A stretch of DNA of 64,000 nucleotides from Eledone cirrhosa (GCA_964016885.1 CAXHJY010000431.1:23233-87232); one strand, 5' to 3'. Shown: positions 14,032-27,224, counted from the first letter of the stretch. Program-made: numbers and translations. The notes: generated from the letters alone by a model not told the origin.

Positions 14032-14342
14032 TACATTATATAGCGAATGTATCTCAAGAGTTAATCAAACAAACATACATATAGTTAATGGTAGATAGGC
14101 GAAGGAATGTTTAATTAATGGTGCATAGAGAGTAACAGAATTTAGGTAAAGGATGAGTAACCTGTATATAAAAGGTTTAGTCGTAAGCAAACACAGAGTG
14201 GTAGTCATGGGAATAAAACAATACAAATATGAAATATAGGATATAGGAATACAAAATAACAAAGAGGGTGGAACATATAAACAAACACCAAATAGGGTAT
14301 TATTCCTCAATAACTCCTAACCTACTAAATAAGGCGCTTTCA

Positions 14343-17300
14343 TATTTTATTGTTATTTTCTACTTCTAATTTCAGGTCATAATTTTTTAAGAATTCTATA
14401 ATTACTTTCTTTACTCTATTTAATTCGCTATTATTATGCCTAACTACAGTAAATAATATGTCGTCTCTATATAAACCACCGGTAATCTCCGGCAGTTTTC
14501 CGGACCTATCTAGTGACGAGATTAATATTATTTTAACGGCAAGGCGAACCTTGGACTAGATCTGATAGGCAGAAGAACTTTGACATTAATATGGGCTCGT
14601 CTGATTCGGCGCAAGTTACCGATCTTGTGGGAATTTTCATCCTTAATATGATAAATAGAAAACTGCCGGAGATTACCGGTGGTTTATATAGAGACGACAT
14701 ATTATTTACTGTAGTTAGGCATAATAATAGCGAATTAAATAGAGTAAAGAAAGTAATTATAGAATTCTTAAAAAATTATGACCTGAAATTAGAAGTAGAA
14801 AATAACAATAAAATAGTTAATTTTTAGATGTAACTCTTAATTTAAACTCAAGCCAGTATTACCCCTTCCATAAACTCAATGAAAACTTAAATTATGTTAG
14901 CTTTTACTCTAATCATCCTAAAAGTGTTAAAAATGCAATAGTCAATAATGTCCAACAATGAATATCCAAACTATATGCTAATAGATCCATATTTAATAGT
15001 AAGGCTGTATATTATAATGAAGGGTTACATAAATCAGGATATAAAAATAATATTGAATATGTAGAAAAAAATAATATTAATTATAAACACTGTATTCATA
15101 ATAATAAAAATAGAACTGACTGTAAAAACAACAACTTGAGGAATAAATCTGGGAAAAAAATAAGGACTAGATTTATAATTTGGTATGCTCCGCCAACATC
15201 TTTAGCTATTAAAACACCTTTAGCACATTTATTTTTTAAAGCCTTGGATAAATGTTTCCCTAGATCACATAAGTATTACTCTATCTTCAATAGACACACA
15301 GTTAAACTTTCTTATTCAACAACTATGAATATTGCTCAAAATATTGCAAAAATTAATAGTAAAATTCTTAATTTGAACCAGCATATAATTAGCGATAATA
15401 ACAACAACAATAATAATAATACATTAGTTAATGTGAATAACAATAACAATAGTTTAAATATGAATAATAGTAGAACACCTAGAAATATTAATGATAAAAG
15501 AATAGTTTAAGTTATAGAAATAACATTGAATTGAATTGTAACCGTAGAAGGAAATCTGAATGCCCTTTACAAAATAATTGCCTTGACAAGAATCTAGTGT
15601 ATAAATGTACCATTAAGACAAATAATAATAATACTTATAACTACATTGGTGCCACTTCATCGAACTTTAAGTTTCGCTTTTCCAATCATAAACATTCATT
15701 TTCTAATCCAGATAAAACATTTTCTACATCACTATCACAATTAACATGGTCTTTGAAAGAGAAAAATATTAAATACTCAATTTCTTGAAGTAAATTAAAG
15801 AATTTCTGATTCCTACCGGAACGCTTCTATTTCACCATATTGCAATTTAGAGACTCTATTAGAGACTCTATTAATAATTACAAATTATGGTAATTTAATT
15901 AATAAGAAGAAAGAATTATTTCGAAGCTGTCTACATAAGTCTGGAAGAACCTTTCGAACATTATACAAATTTCGAAAATAATATTGACTATTAATAATTC
16001 TTGAAATATTATTATATATATAACGTTTTGCCTTACCATAAAAATTGTTTATCGTTTTTATATAGTAAATTAATCTCATGATGAGTCTCGGTATCTTAAG
16101 TTTTGATTTAGAAAGGTCAGTTTAACTAGAAATTTCTGAATTTGTGGTTTGAAATATCTTTTGACTTTCAAAATACTTAAATATCTTAAATGTTGACATA
16201 TGATGAACGAGTTATCTTCCTTTGTTTACATTCTTCGTAAATAATTTTGTTCTGCTTGCTAATGTATATTTAACATGATTTATACATATATATGAAAAAT
16301 CCTTAAATTGATATATATGAAAAATCCTTAAAGGGAAACTATATATAATTGTTTCTACTTTAGGTACAAAGCCAGCAATTATCCCAGTGCATTACTTGTA
16401 CTTTATTTTATCGACCCCGTAAGGATGAAAGGCAAAGTTAACCTCGGCGGGATATATAATAAGATGTAATTACGGAAGTAAAATCGAAATAATAATACTT
16501 TTAAGAGTAAATATAACTACTAATTAATCCTGTAATGAAATGACAACCAATGAATTGAAATGATTTTATAATGAAAATAGAATAATTCAGATAATAATTC
16601 TTAACATAATATAAAATATATATACTGATGGTGATACATGCATGGGTTTTAATAAATATCCTTATACATATTTAATAGGTATTTAAACATGTTTTAAATA
16701 TAAAAATGTTTTTGAATATTGTAACAAAATATTTAGTAAATATATTACTTAATTAAACTATGGTTCTGATTGCTATAGAAAATATGTTTATATTATTTAA
16801 TTTTGATATAATATATTAGTATATTTAGTTTATACTTAACCAAATACAAAAGATATTAAAACATTTCATGGTATTTCATTGGTCGCCTCTATTTGACTTA
16901 ATATTTGAAAGCAACGGTCACACATCATTTCTCTTTCTTTCTTTTTTGCCGTTATTTCTTTCTTCTTCTCTCTACTATCTCTCTCTCTCTCTTCCTTTTT
17001 CTTCCCTAATACGTCTATTTACGCATTTAAATATTTATGTATGTATGTATTTATTTATTTTCTTCTTGCATTTCCTCATACTCAACCACATCACGCTCCA
17101 CATCCTCTGCTTCATTAAATTTAAGTTTATCATGTTATTATTTGTGGTATATAAATGTTGAGATTTGTTGTAATAAATCACTGCCAATACTGGAATTGAA
17201 CCATCAAGACCGTTGAGGTATATCATACATCAATTCATGTATTTTATCTGACGAGGACGTACCGAAAAAACAGTACAGTACCTTTGAAATATATATGATA

Positions 17301-17355
17301 AAACATATTTTGATTATGTGAATGTTTTCATTTATTAATATTCTGAATAATATTA
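14343..17355 (+). mobile_element. Penelope-like element (Naiad-type), 5'-truncated, with inverted 5' duplication
   Basis: RT motifs MGSSDSAQVTDLVG and GGLYRDD (14591-14827); SNHP; CNC-like/CPL/CL linker; GIY-YIG (LVYKC..YIG..R..H, 15531-15788); long AT-rich 3' region ending in an HHR; in-frame stops. Confidence 0.9.
17241..17304 (+). ncRNA. Type-I hammerhead ribozyme motif, cleavage site mutated to UG
   Basis: ttttat-CTGACGA-stemII-GAAA-tatata-TG-ataaaa. Confidence 0.65.
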
Positions 17356-17457
17356 ATAACTCCAGAAAACTTCATTGTAGAGTGCTTTTAATCTATTGTG
17401 AAACTATATTCATTGAGTAATCAATGAACCATATTAATCTTTGGTCATATATATATA

Positions 17458-18101
17458 CAGTGCATCTTCGCTTAACCGGATATCGCTTTTCCGAAATTCG
17501 ATTTACCGGACGGCTATTTCTATACTACCTCCGGATGAGGAGGACTTGATTTCGGCAGACGGACAGATTCGAGCAGAATTTCTTCCGGCGAACGTTACGT
17601 CACTTATTCAGCCAATGGACCAGGGAGTTTTGGAGACACTAAAGCGGATTTACAGAAAACAATTGCTGCGGGATTTGATCGGAAAAGGGGACACGGGAAT
17701 GATTCCATTTTTACGTGCGATAGACATGAGGGAGGTGGTTGACCGTTGAGCTGTTGCGAGGAAATGGTAGCGGGAAATGATAGCGGAACGACGAGCTTCG
17801 GCGCGAAAACAATCTTCTATTTATTCATTTTTATAAAAATACTAACTTTTTATGGTTTGACTCAATTCAGTTTTACCAAGTTTTTAGTTATTCTTATGTT
17901 TGTTTAATAAATTGTCTTATAAATTCTAGCTGTTCTTTTGTTATTCTAATAAACTTTCTTTTATTTTGACTAAAAGAAGCCAAAACATTAGAAACCACGA
18001 GCATTATGTAACAATGGGATTTTAGAATTCACTTATCCGGATATTTCACTTAACCGGATCTTTTTCTAACTGTTTGGTTTTGACCGATAAGCCAAGATTC
18101 A

Positions 18102-18104
<3 letters not shown>
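17458..18104 (+). mobile_element. Internally deleted pogo/Tigger-like DNA transposon
   Basis: TA|CAGTGCATCTTCGCTTAACCGG left terminal inverted repeat (TIR) and a degenerate right TIR; DDE_1 motif [17 protein letters not shown]. Confidence 0.8.
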
Positions 18105-18141
<37 letters not shown>

Positions 18142-18239
18142 GTAGCAGGTGAGTTTTATTGTAATACAATAAAGCAATGCAGATTTCGGATAAGAAGCAC
18201 TCTACAGTTTGTAGTGTATACATAATATATAAGATCAAC

Positions 18240-19543
18240 ATAACTTAAAAATAATATATAAGATCAACATAACTTAAAAATTGAATTTGATAACAGCATC
18301 AAACTAGCTAATTTCTTGGATGTATCTCTTAATCTTGACACTGGCCTATATTACCCTTACCATAAAAACAATGAGAACCTAAATTATGTTAATTTTAAAT
18401 CTAACCACCCACTAATATTAAGAATGCTATAGTTAGTAATATTGGAAAAAGAATATCTAATCTATCTTCTAATAACATATTTGATGCTAACGCCAATTAC
18501 TATAATAACGCACTTTCTAAAGCCGGCTATCCTGATAAAATCAAATATAGTAAAGAAACAAATTCTAGAAGATCTTACAGTAGAATAATTAATCATGATC
18601 ATTCCAATAACTTTAATAAAAGACCTAGATACAAAAACATAATCTGGTATAATGCTCCTTTCTCCATCTCTATTAATAATAATATTTCTAAATTATTCTT
18701 TAGTGCCTTAAATAAATGCTTCCCTCCCTCACATATTTATAGTAAAATATTTAACAAACACACTATAAAATTTTGCTATTCGACCTCCTCCAACATCTCC
18801 AACATTATCTCTAAACACAACAATAAAATACTAAATACTAAATCTCTTCCTTCCAACACTGAATATCATAATAATAGTAATAGTACTCCCGACGTCATTG
18901 TAAACTCTAGGCTAATTTCTGAAAACCCAAATACAACGTCAAACACAACTTCGCTAAATGTTCTTAATCCCATTCTAAATCAAGAAACTATTATTCCTAT
19001 CGTAAATAACTTCTCCAATCCAATTCCTTCTATAGATAACACGAGGTCACTTGTTAATAACTCTGCTAATCTCTCTAATCGCAATTGCAATTGCCCTGTT
19101 AAAAATAAATGTCCTCTCAACAACCATTGTCTTGAAAAAAACTTAATCTACGAATGTAAAGTTATAACTGACACCAATTCCTTCACCTATTTTGGCTCCA
19201 CTTCCAAAGCTCGTCTTTATAATCATCATTCGTCTTTTAAATACCAACTTAAAAGAACCAACACGGCACTCTCAGAACTCATATGGTCCTTGAAAGACAA
19301 AAATATTAAATATAACATCTCTTGGAAAAAGGTTTCTTCTGCTTCTCCAATCTTGAACAGTTCTCTATCCAAGCTTAAATCTCTGTTTAAATGAAAAATG
19401 TACCATTATATCTAATTTAGATTCTATAATAAATAGACGCACTGACTTGTTTTCTCTCTGCTTGCATAAATTCCACAGAACATTCCATAAAGTATACAGC
19501 TAATATCTAATACTTTATCAATTTAAAATCCTTTTCTCAAAGG

Positions 19544-19600
<57 letters not shown>

Positions 19601-20570
19601 TTCTTTAAAAATATACCCATCTTTCTACCTTATTTCAAAGTTATTTATTATACATTATATAATACTAGTTACTCATTCTATATCAATCCTATTTATCACT
19701 TCCCTTTCTTCCTTTTCTTTTTCTTTTCTTTTTCTTTTAATTTCTAACCCCTAATCTGTACCTTTTCTCATTGTGCCTAACATAGAAACAATTATTACAC
19801 AGTACAATACATTCTTACTTTATATCACCTTGAAAAAATCCTTCGTAAACATAAACATTTTTTTTGACGTTAGATTATTCATCTTCAATTCATTATTTTT
19901 TTCTCCCTTTCATGCTCATCTAACTTATTCAACCTATCTTCTACTTCTTTCACAATATATCCTTACTTACATTACTATTGCTATATTTTTACATTTTTTT
20001 AATAATACATATCAACATTTTCTTTCCATCGCACATATTATTAAACCCTTAAATATTATTCTTAATACATATTAACAATTTCTTTTCATCGCACATATCA
20101 TTAAACCCTTCAATATACAAACCTTAATTTAACATCATTCTTCTCTTCGTTAATTTTCAAATTCTTTTAATTTATACATTATCTTCCAACGGTTTTTCAA
20201 CCTCTCTATGTAAAACAATATATTTTTCTCAGTTATAAAAGCTATCTCTCTCTCTCTATCACCCATCTCTCCTCCTATCTCATCCTTCCTCATTATACTC
20301 CTCCCCCTCCACTTTTTATTCTCATCTCCTCCTCTTTTTCATCCTTTCCACCCCCCCCCCCCCTCAAATTTTTTTTCCCAATATCACACATCAATCTAAA
20401 ACTACTTTTCATATGTTGATTTAAAACTGCACTATCCAAAAGTGTTTTTAACCTTCATATCATGTCTTCCTATTTTATCTGATGAAAACACAAATGTTAT
20501 TGCATGATGATATTTGTTTTTGAAATGCGCATAATAAAATACATGGAACTCTTTAAACCATCTTTTGATC
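18240..20570 (+). mobile_element. Penelope-like element (Naiad-type), second family
   Basis: NFLDVSLNL..YYPYHK..SNHP, then CNCPVKNKCPLNNHCL..LIYEC..YFG GIY-YIG; terminal HHR; ends in (TA)n. Confidence 0.88.
20471..20541 (+). ncRNA. Minimal type-I hammerhead ribozyme
   Basis: tattttat-CTGATGA-stemII-GAAA-tgcgca (palindromic stem III)-TA-ataaaata. Confidence 0.8.
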
Positions 20571-20587
20571 TTATATATATATATATG

Positions 20588-20629
<42 letters not shown>

Positions 20630-20633
<4 letters not shown>

Positions 20634-21235
20634 TTATGAAGAGAGAAGAAACATTTAGATATAATTAGTAATAAAATGTATCATACCTAAACTGCTCCTA
20701 GATTCCTCGACTACGTAGTTTCGCGGCATAAACAAAAACAATACATCATAAAGATATAGAGTCCTTGCGAGGTCTGCCGACTTATCAAGAGGATACCTCA
20801 TTTTACTAGTCTCAAGAACACGTCTACACGACGTGAGAAAGAATCCCAAAAGGCGGAGGGGGAGATAGTCACGCGATATAACGGTCGAGAAACAGAGCTA
20901 AGCCTCTTATAACCCCGAAAAGAATACCACGGAGGCGGAGGGGGTATTTATATCGAAGCCGTAGAAGAGGTGGTGAAGGAGGCGAGAAGTATGAGTAATG
21001 GAAGCTTTCCAGCAGTCCCCACACCTCAAAGATTGCTCGACCAGAGGGAGTTATTAACAATATATTTAGAAACACACAGATACATGTGGACACACACATA
21101 TACATAATGTATTTTTAACTCTGATACTGGTTCAGTATTGAGCAACATCGGTGAAGTTGGCACCCTTAACTCACGGTTGGGTGCGGATGCATTCATGTAT
21201 ATGTGTGTGTCCGCATGTATCTGTGTGTTTCTAAA
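20630..21235 (-). mobile_element. Non-coding HHR-bearing element in (TA)n; second copy at 30901-31460
   Basis: Two clearly related ~560-600-bp copies bounded by (TA)n, each with an internal inverted segment. Confidence 0.7.
20704..20793 (-). ncRNA. Hammerhead ribozyme, U3:A8 core variant with long stem II
   Basis: Minus strand: tcctc-TTGATAA-gtcggca...tgccgc-GAAA-ctacgtag-TC-gagga. Confidence 0.7.
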
Positions 21236-21259
21236 TATATATATATATATGTATATATA

Positions 21260-21526
<267 letters not shown>

Positions 21527-21682
21527 GGGGTAACAAATTATTGTTATAGGTAGTCCACTTAAGTGTAGTCCAGAGTTATGGTACTCCGAGTAGTGGATGA
21601 TATCGACGCTTGGTTAAGTTTGACTCAACAAGTCGTTTCCATAGTGATGTTGCGAGTACGCTGTAATTCCTATGTTCTAATG

Positions 21683-21935
21683 ATAAATCAGGAAAGAAGA
21701 GTGACACGGTTTGCTATACAAAAAAGGTTTTTAATCTCATTGCTGACAATTGTTTCTCTGATCTGGTAGGTCTAGAGATCGCTACCCGCTTATTTTCACG
21801 TTATTCGATCACTAATACAAAGTTATAACCAGTCAATTAGCGATCTCTAGACCTACCAGTTCAGAGAAACAATTGTCAGCAATGAGATTAAAAACCTTTC
21901 TTGTATAACAAACACTGTGTCACTCTTCTTTCCTG

Positions 21936-21941
<6 letters not shown>
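21683..21941. repeat. Inverted repeat (~100-bp arms) carrying an HHR 3' half
   Basis: Arms 21683-21784 and 21838-21941; GAAA-caattg-TC-agca; right arm abuts (TA)n. Confidence 0.8.
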
Positions 21942-21982
<41 letters not shown>

Positions 21983-22260
21983 GGTATCCACTGTAAGTTG
22001 TGGGGTCTATTCTGTATGAAGAACTCAATGTAATCCATGTGTTGAAATTGTTGTAGGTTAAGATAAATCTCAGAAAACAATAAAACATTAAAAGGAAAAC
22101 AGAGTCATGATATAAGTTAAAACAATGAAATAAAAAATCAAGTCATTAGAGATCTTTTTTATTTCATTGTTTTATACTTGGAATAATAATAGTGAAAGAA
22201 TGAAGAGTAACATGGTTGGCTGTACAACAAGGGGCTTTATTTAAAGTACTGGCAATTCTT

Positions 22261-22335
<75 letters not shown>

Positions 22336-22411
22336 CGAAGGAAATGTGGTAAGGAACCAGGTGGACCATAACGCACCAAAGTACTCAATACTTAGGGTAG
22401 TAGAGTGGGTA

Positions 22412-22527
22412 ATAGGAACAAGTAAGACCCCGACGGCTGAGCTCAAGCCGTTTCGACGGCTAATTCAGTACAGAATTAGCCGTCGAAACGGCTTGAGCTC
22501 AGCCGTCGGGGTCTTACTTGTTCCTAT
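22412..22527. repeat. Perfect hairpin (55-bp arms) carrying an HHR 3' half
   Basis: 6-nt loop at 22467-22472; GAAA-cggct-tgagctc-agccg-TC-ggggtc; related copies at 37725-37955. Confidence 0.85.
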
Positions 22528-22540
22528 ATATATATATATA

Positions 22541-22592
<52 letters not shown>

Positions 22593-23359
22593 GACTATAT
22601 ATATATACAGTCAAGTTTGCTGTAGAATACACTGAGTCCATATCGCAAACAGTTTTAAATAGTGCGGTTTTGAACATACACAGTCAAAAGAATATTTCTA
22701 TCTCAATCAGAAAAATCTGTAAACCACTTAACACCTTTTTCCGCGCGAAACGGCTTCACACAATATAAGAGATAAACTTCTAACCCTGCCCACTCAATCT
22801 CCAGACAACCTGACAATATGCATCCTCTAAAATATCAACATAGGCACTGTTATATAATGGTCTTGAACAAAGACAGTTCTTGAATATCGCAACTGTCTTG
22901 AACCAATTGATCGCGTAAGATGCGGACCAACTGGATATAGAGGCATTACCGACATCATGACAAATAGCAGATATATTTCATTCAGCGATAAAATATAAGA
23001 CAATTAAGTTAAGGATATGTACACACATGGAAATGCTTTAAGAAGCCCCCCCCCCCCCGCCCCACACACACACACAACAGTCATATATATTTCCATAAAA
23101 TGCCTGCAACTTCCCACACATAGCATCTGCTAATACACAGACACTCTTCCCCACTCTTCCCCACTCTCTCGATGTAAATATATATAATATATATATATAT
23201 ATATACATGTGGAGGGAGTGTCATGCTTGTGTATATATAAATATATATAAATATATACATATATATATACATAATTGAATATATATCTCTCTCTCTATAT
23301 ATATATAATAGTGACGAAACATTAGTCAATTGCATGAACTCATAATCCTTTATTTACTG

Positions 23360-23421
<62 letters not shown>

Positions 23422-23479
23422 TCACCCGTTAATATGCATAAGGTAAGTATATACGTTCAACAATCTGGCAGGAAGGTAT

Positions 23480-23522
23480 ACGTTGCTGACGATAGCTAAT
23501 AAGCTTGAAACTAGTACAGCGT
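23480..23522 (+). ncRNA. Minimal hammerhead ribozyme in a ~220-bp element (23421-23640) between (TA)n
   Basis: acgttg-CTGACGA-tagctaataagctt-GAAA-ctag-TA-cagcgt. Confidence 0.8.
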
Positions 23523-23785
23523 TCCTTTGTCAGTGTTGAACGAACGAGCAACGATGGTTGATGGACACTACGGCTTAATACGGGATGTTTGTTTACAAAC
23601 ACACCGAGCATTATACTAAATGTTCGGTGAAACCATACGTACATATATATATATGTGTGCATATATGTATATATATATACATACTACTGTACGTCTGTAT
23701 ACATATATGTATGTACGTGTACATACTTATATTTAAGTAACAGCCGTACTAAGAGTGGGAAATGAAATTTCGTTTCATTTTTTCC

Positions 23786-23867
<82 letters not shown>

Positions 23868-24113
23868 TATATATACAATTATGTATATATATATGTATAC
23901 ATTTATATATATTTATATATATATATAGTTATATTTAAACATGTATGTACATACACATATACATACATACATATACATGGTGAGGAAGATAGTTATATAC
24001 GATGTATGTGCATGGGTACAGAATGCATATAATCTTGCGTGAGACACAGAAACAAAAGACCTACTTACACATATACACGCAACGTACATGCACACACATA
24101 TATATACACACAC

Positions 24114-24167
<54 letters not shown>

Positions 24168-24252
24168 ATAATAAAAAAATTGAAGACTAAAATCCAAAGA
24201 GGGCTCGTTAAGGGTGAAAGCAGCGATATTTTGCTTAAACTTTAATCTGTTA

Positions 24253-24321
<69 letters not shown>

Positions 24322-24377
24322 GTGAGGCTTTTTTTACAAAATGAAAAATAACCGAGGTGTCCTACACGAGTGGAAGT

Positions 24378-24668
24378 ATAAAGAAAAAGGGATGAAATCG
24401 AAAATGCAACTGAAGTCTTATTTTTTTAAAAAATATATATATTTATTTGGTTCCTTTACCGGTTTCGCAGTTCTTCTGCTTTTCAAAAGGTGAGTTGAGA
24501 TGGAGGGTCTGTGGTTTTTCTCAGAGAAAAACCACAGACCCTCCATCTCAACTCACCTTTTGAAAAGCAGAAGAACTGCGAAACCGGTAAAGGAACCAAA
24601 TAAATATATATATTTAAAAAAAAAATAAGACTTCAGTTGCATTTTCGATTTCATCCCTTTTTCTTTAT
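24378..24668. repeat. Near-perfect palindrome (~145-bp arms, 1-nt spacer at 24523)
   Basis: Arms read as reverse complements; flanked by (TA)n. Confidence 0.9.
24556..24593 (+). ncRNA. Minimal hammerhead, U3:A8 variant (mirror copy at 24453-24490, minus strand)
   Basis: cctt-TTGAAAA-gcag aagaa ctgc-GAAA-ccgg-TA-aagg. Confidence 0.7.
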
Positions 24669-24680
24669 GTATATATATAT

Positions 24681-25005
24681 ATATAATAGAAAACGAAAAA
24701 TCAGTGATGCATCTGAACTCAATTTATTGTGTGTTACAATTGTTTCGTCGGCGGACAGCTCGAGATGTGATCATTGTGTGGATCTGTTTGATTCTGGACC
24801 CGCAGGTTTGACGGACACGTCTAATGATTTCGGAGCATATTCTGTTACTGCTCCGAAATCATTAGACGTGTCTGTCAAACCTGCGGGTCAAGAATCAGAC
24901 AGATCCACACAATGATCACATCTCGAGCTGTCCGCCGACGAAACAATTGTAACACACAATAAATTGAGTTCAGATGCATCACTGATTTTTCGTTTTCTAT
25001 TATAT
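24681..25005. repeat. Palindrome (~157-bp arms, 11-nt loop)
   Basis: Loop at 24838-24848; few mismatches; contains GAAA-caattg-TA-acac, an HHR-like 3' half. Confidence 0.9.
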
Positions 25006-25074
25006 CATACTCTGCTCTGTAAGAGCATAGAGTGCTCAACCGGCATACCGCCTATGGAAGCCTCTAAGCTACTA

Positions 25075-25193
<119 letters not shown>

Positions 25194-25208
25194 CACACAT
25201 ACACACAC

Positions 25209-25239
<31 letters not shown>

Positions 25240-25240
25240 C

Positions 25241-25312
<72 letters not shown>

Positions 25313-25319
<7 letters not shown>

Positions 25320-26070
25320 CAAATAACGAAACGAAATTAAATTTCGTTTCGTTTGTAACTCACTTTTGTATGACTGACGCTTAAACAATTAAGTTAAAAA
25401 TGTACATCTACATATGCATACTGAAATACTAGTGTGTATATGAATACACACACGTATACATATGTGGGTGTAACAAGTCTTTCACTGGTTGCTTTACTGT
25501 GAGCAACCCAGCTATTCTGTATGTAAACACACAGACAAACCGGTTTTTAGAGTCATACTGGTTTTCGGGGGAACACCTTCCCTCTATTCTCCAGAAAGCC
25601 AGACAAGGAATATTGAACTAGTTTCGTTGTTGTTACAACTCATCAGCAATATTTACCTATCTACCGGCCCTTCTGGAGAATTGTAAAAGCACATATCGTT
25701 ATATGCTTTTTCTATGAAAATTAGTAGTGGGCAGACTAATTTGCATAGAGTGTGAGTACGCACCGGTTCAGCGGAGACGATAAAAACAAATAACGAAACG
25801 AAATTAAATTTCGTTTCGTTTGTAACTCACTTTTGTATGACTGACGCTTAAACAATTAAGTTAAAAATGTACATCTACATATGCATACTGAAATACTAGT
25901 GTGTATATGAATACACACACGTATACATATGTGGGTGTAACAAGTCTTTCACTGGTTGCTTTACTGTGAGCAACCCAGCTATTCTGTATGTAAACACACA
26001 GACAAACCGGTGTTCCCCCGAAAACCAGTATGACTCTAAAAACCGGTTTGTCTGTGTGTTTACATACAAG
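25313..26070. repeat. ~230-bp direct duplication plus an inverted piece; related rearranged copy at 58067-58390
   Basis: 25313-25543 matches 25781-26010; 26011-26070 is an inverted copy of ~25521-25576. Confidence 0.85.
25609..25653 (-). ncRNA. Minimal hammerhead ribozyme
   Basis: Minus strand: aatattg-CTGATGA-gttg taacaa caac-GAAA-ctag-TT-caatatt. Confidence 0.8.
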
Positions 26071-26132
26071 TGTTTTACAGAGCCGAGATACAAAGTGTTA
26101 AAACGATCAAATTTTAGTTTAGAACATGTATT

Positions 26133-26179
26133 TGCTGACAATTGTTTCTTCCAGAGGGAAGTCTGGATTTATCGGAGCA
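26133..26179 (-). ncRNA. Degenerate hammerhead motif
   Basis: tgct-CCGATAA-atccaga cttccc tctggaa-GAAA-caattg-TC-agca; core has two substitutions. Confidence 0.55.
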
Positions 26180-26389
26180 TAATGAATGTCGAAACATGTG
26201 ACTAAAATCATAGTCATTCAGAACATTTAGGGTACATAATTGCTGTTAGTGTCATAGACATCATGTCGAGAGTCAGGAGTTAACAAGGTGTTATGCTTGA
26301 GAGAACGCAATTACAGGCAGCACTGGTTGAAAGCATAAGAGGTATAAGCAAAAAGTACAGGCAAAAAAGTCATAAGCAAGGAAAAATGT

Positions 26390-27224
26390 GGGATAGGAAA
26401 GTAAAACTAGGATACTCATGCGCTAAGAACATGAAGGCCCACATCACCAACAGCCCTAAGAGCAACACCCCACCAGAGTGCTTTTGCCCTAAGCCCGAAG
26501 CTTGTCCTCTTCAACAGCAATGCAACACACCCGCTGTAGTTTATGAAGCTGTGGTCACTTCCAACCTTCCAAATCAACCACAGGATGTCAAATCCTGTGT
26601 GGGTATGGCGGAGGGCCGATTTAAGGAACGTTTCCTGAACCACCAGTCGACCTTTAGGTACCCGGACAGACGTTCATCCACGAAATTCGCGAGCCACGTA
26701 TGGTCCCTCAAGGACGTAAGTATAGACTACTCCATTCAATGGAAAGCCATCACTAAGTCCAAGCCATACGCAAGGGGCAATCCGTCGTATGGACTATGTA
26801 TTGATGAACAAATAAATATTCTAAAGAGATTACGCAATAGCGATTGCCTAAACTCAAGAAATGAATTCTTCACACGTTGTTCACACGACTGGAAACACCT
26901 CTTACAAAGCTCCGGATTGAATTACAACAACATCTTAATTTTCTTATCAACTAGAAACTCTCGGACTTTCGCAGTTACCTCCCTTACACCTCTCGCACGC
27001 AATTTAGTATTGCCTGAGTGAAGTGACCGTTTCTGCGCATGCGCGTTCGTACGGTTGTCCTTCATGTTCCGTATAACCATATCCATTACGAGTTGAGGAT
27101 CCACTAAGGTGAAACAATTGTTCTCGGTATGGTGAACTAACTGTTGTGTAAGCACTTCCACCTAACTCGTCCCATGGACTGAGTGCTCTACCACTACGGA
27201 TATTACCTTCCAGTGTTCTACCAC

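Noticed and set aside
14950-15790. In-frame TGA codons as selenocysteine (reported in some Naiads)
   Set aside because: The TGAs fall at probable Arg/Trp positions, not Cys positions; frameshifts and TAA stops are also present; no convincing SECIS seen.
24185-24230. Hammerhead-like fold (CCAAAGA...GAAA)
   Set aside because: Core and cleavage site too degenerate to call.
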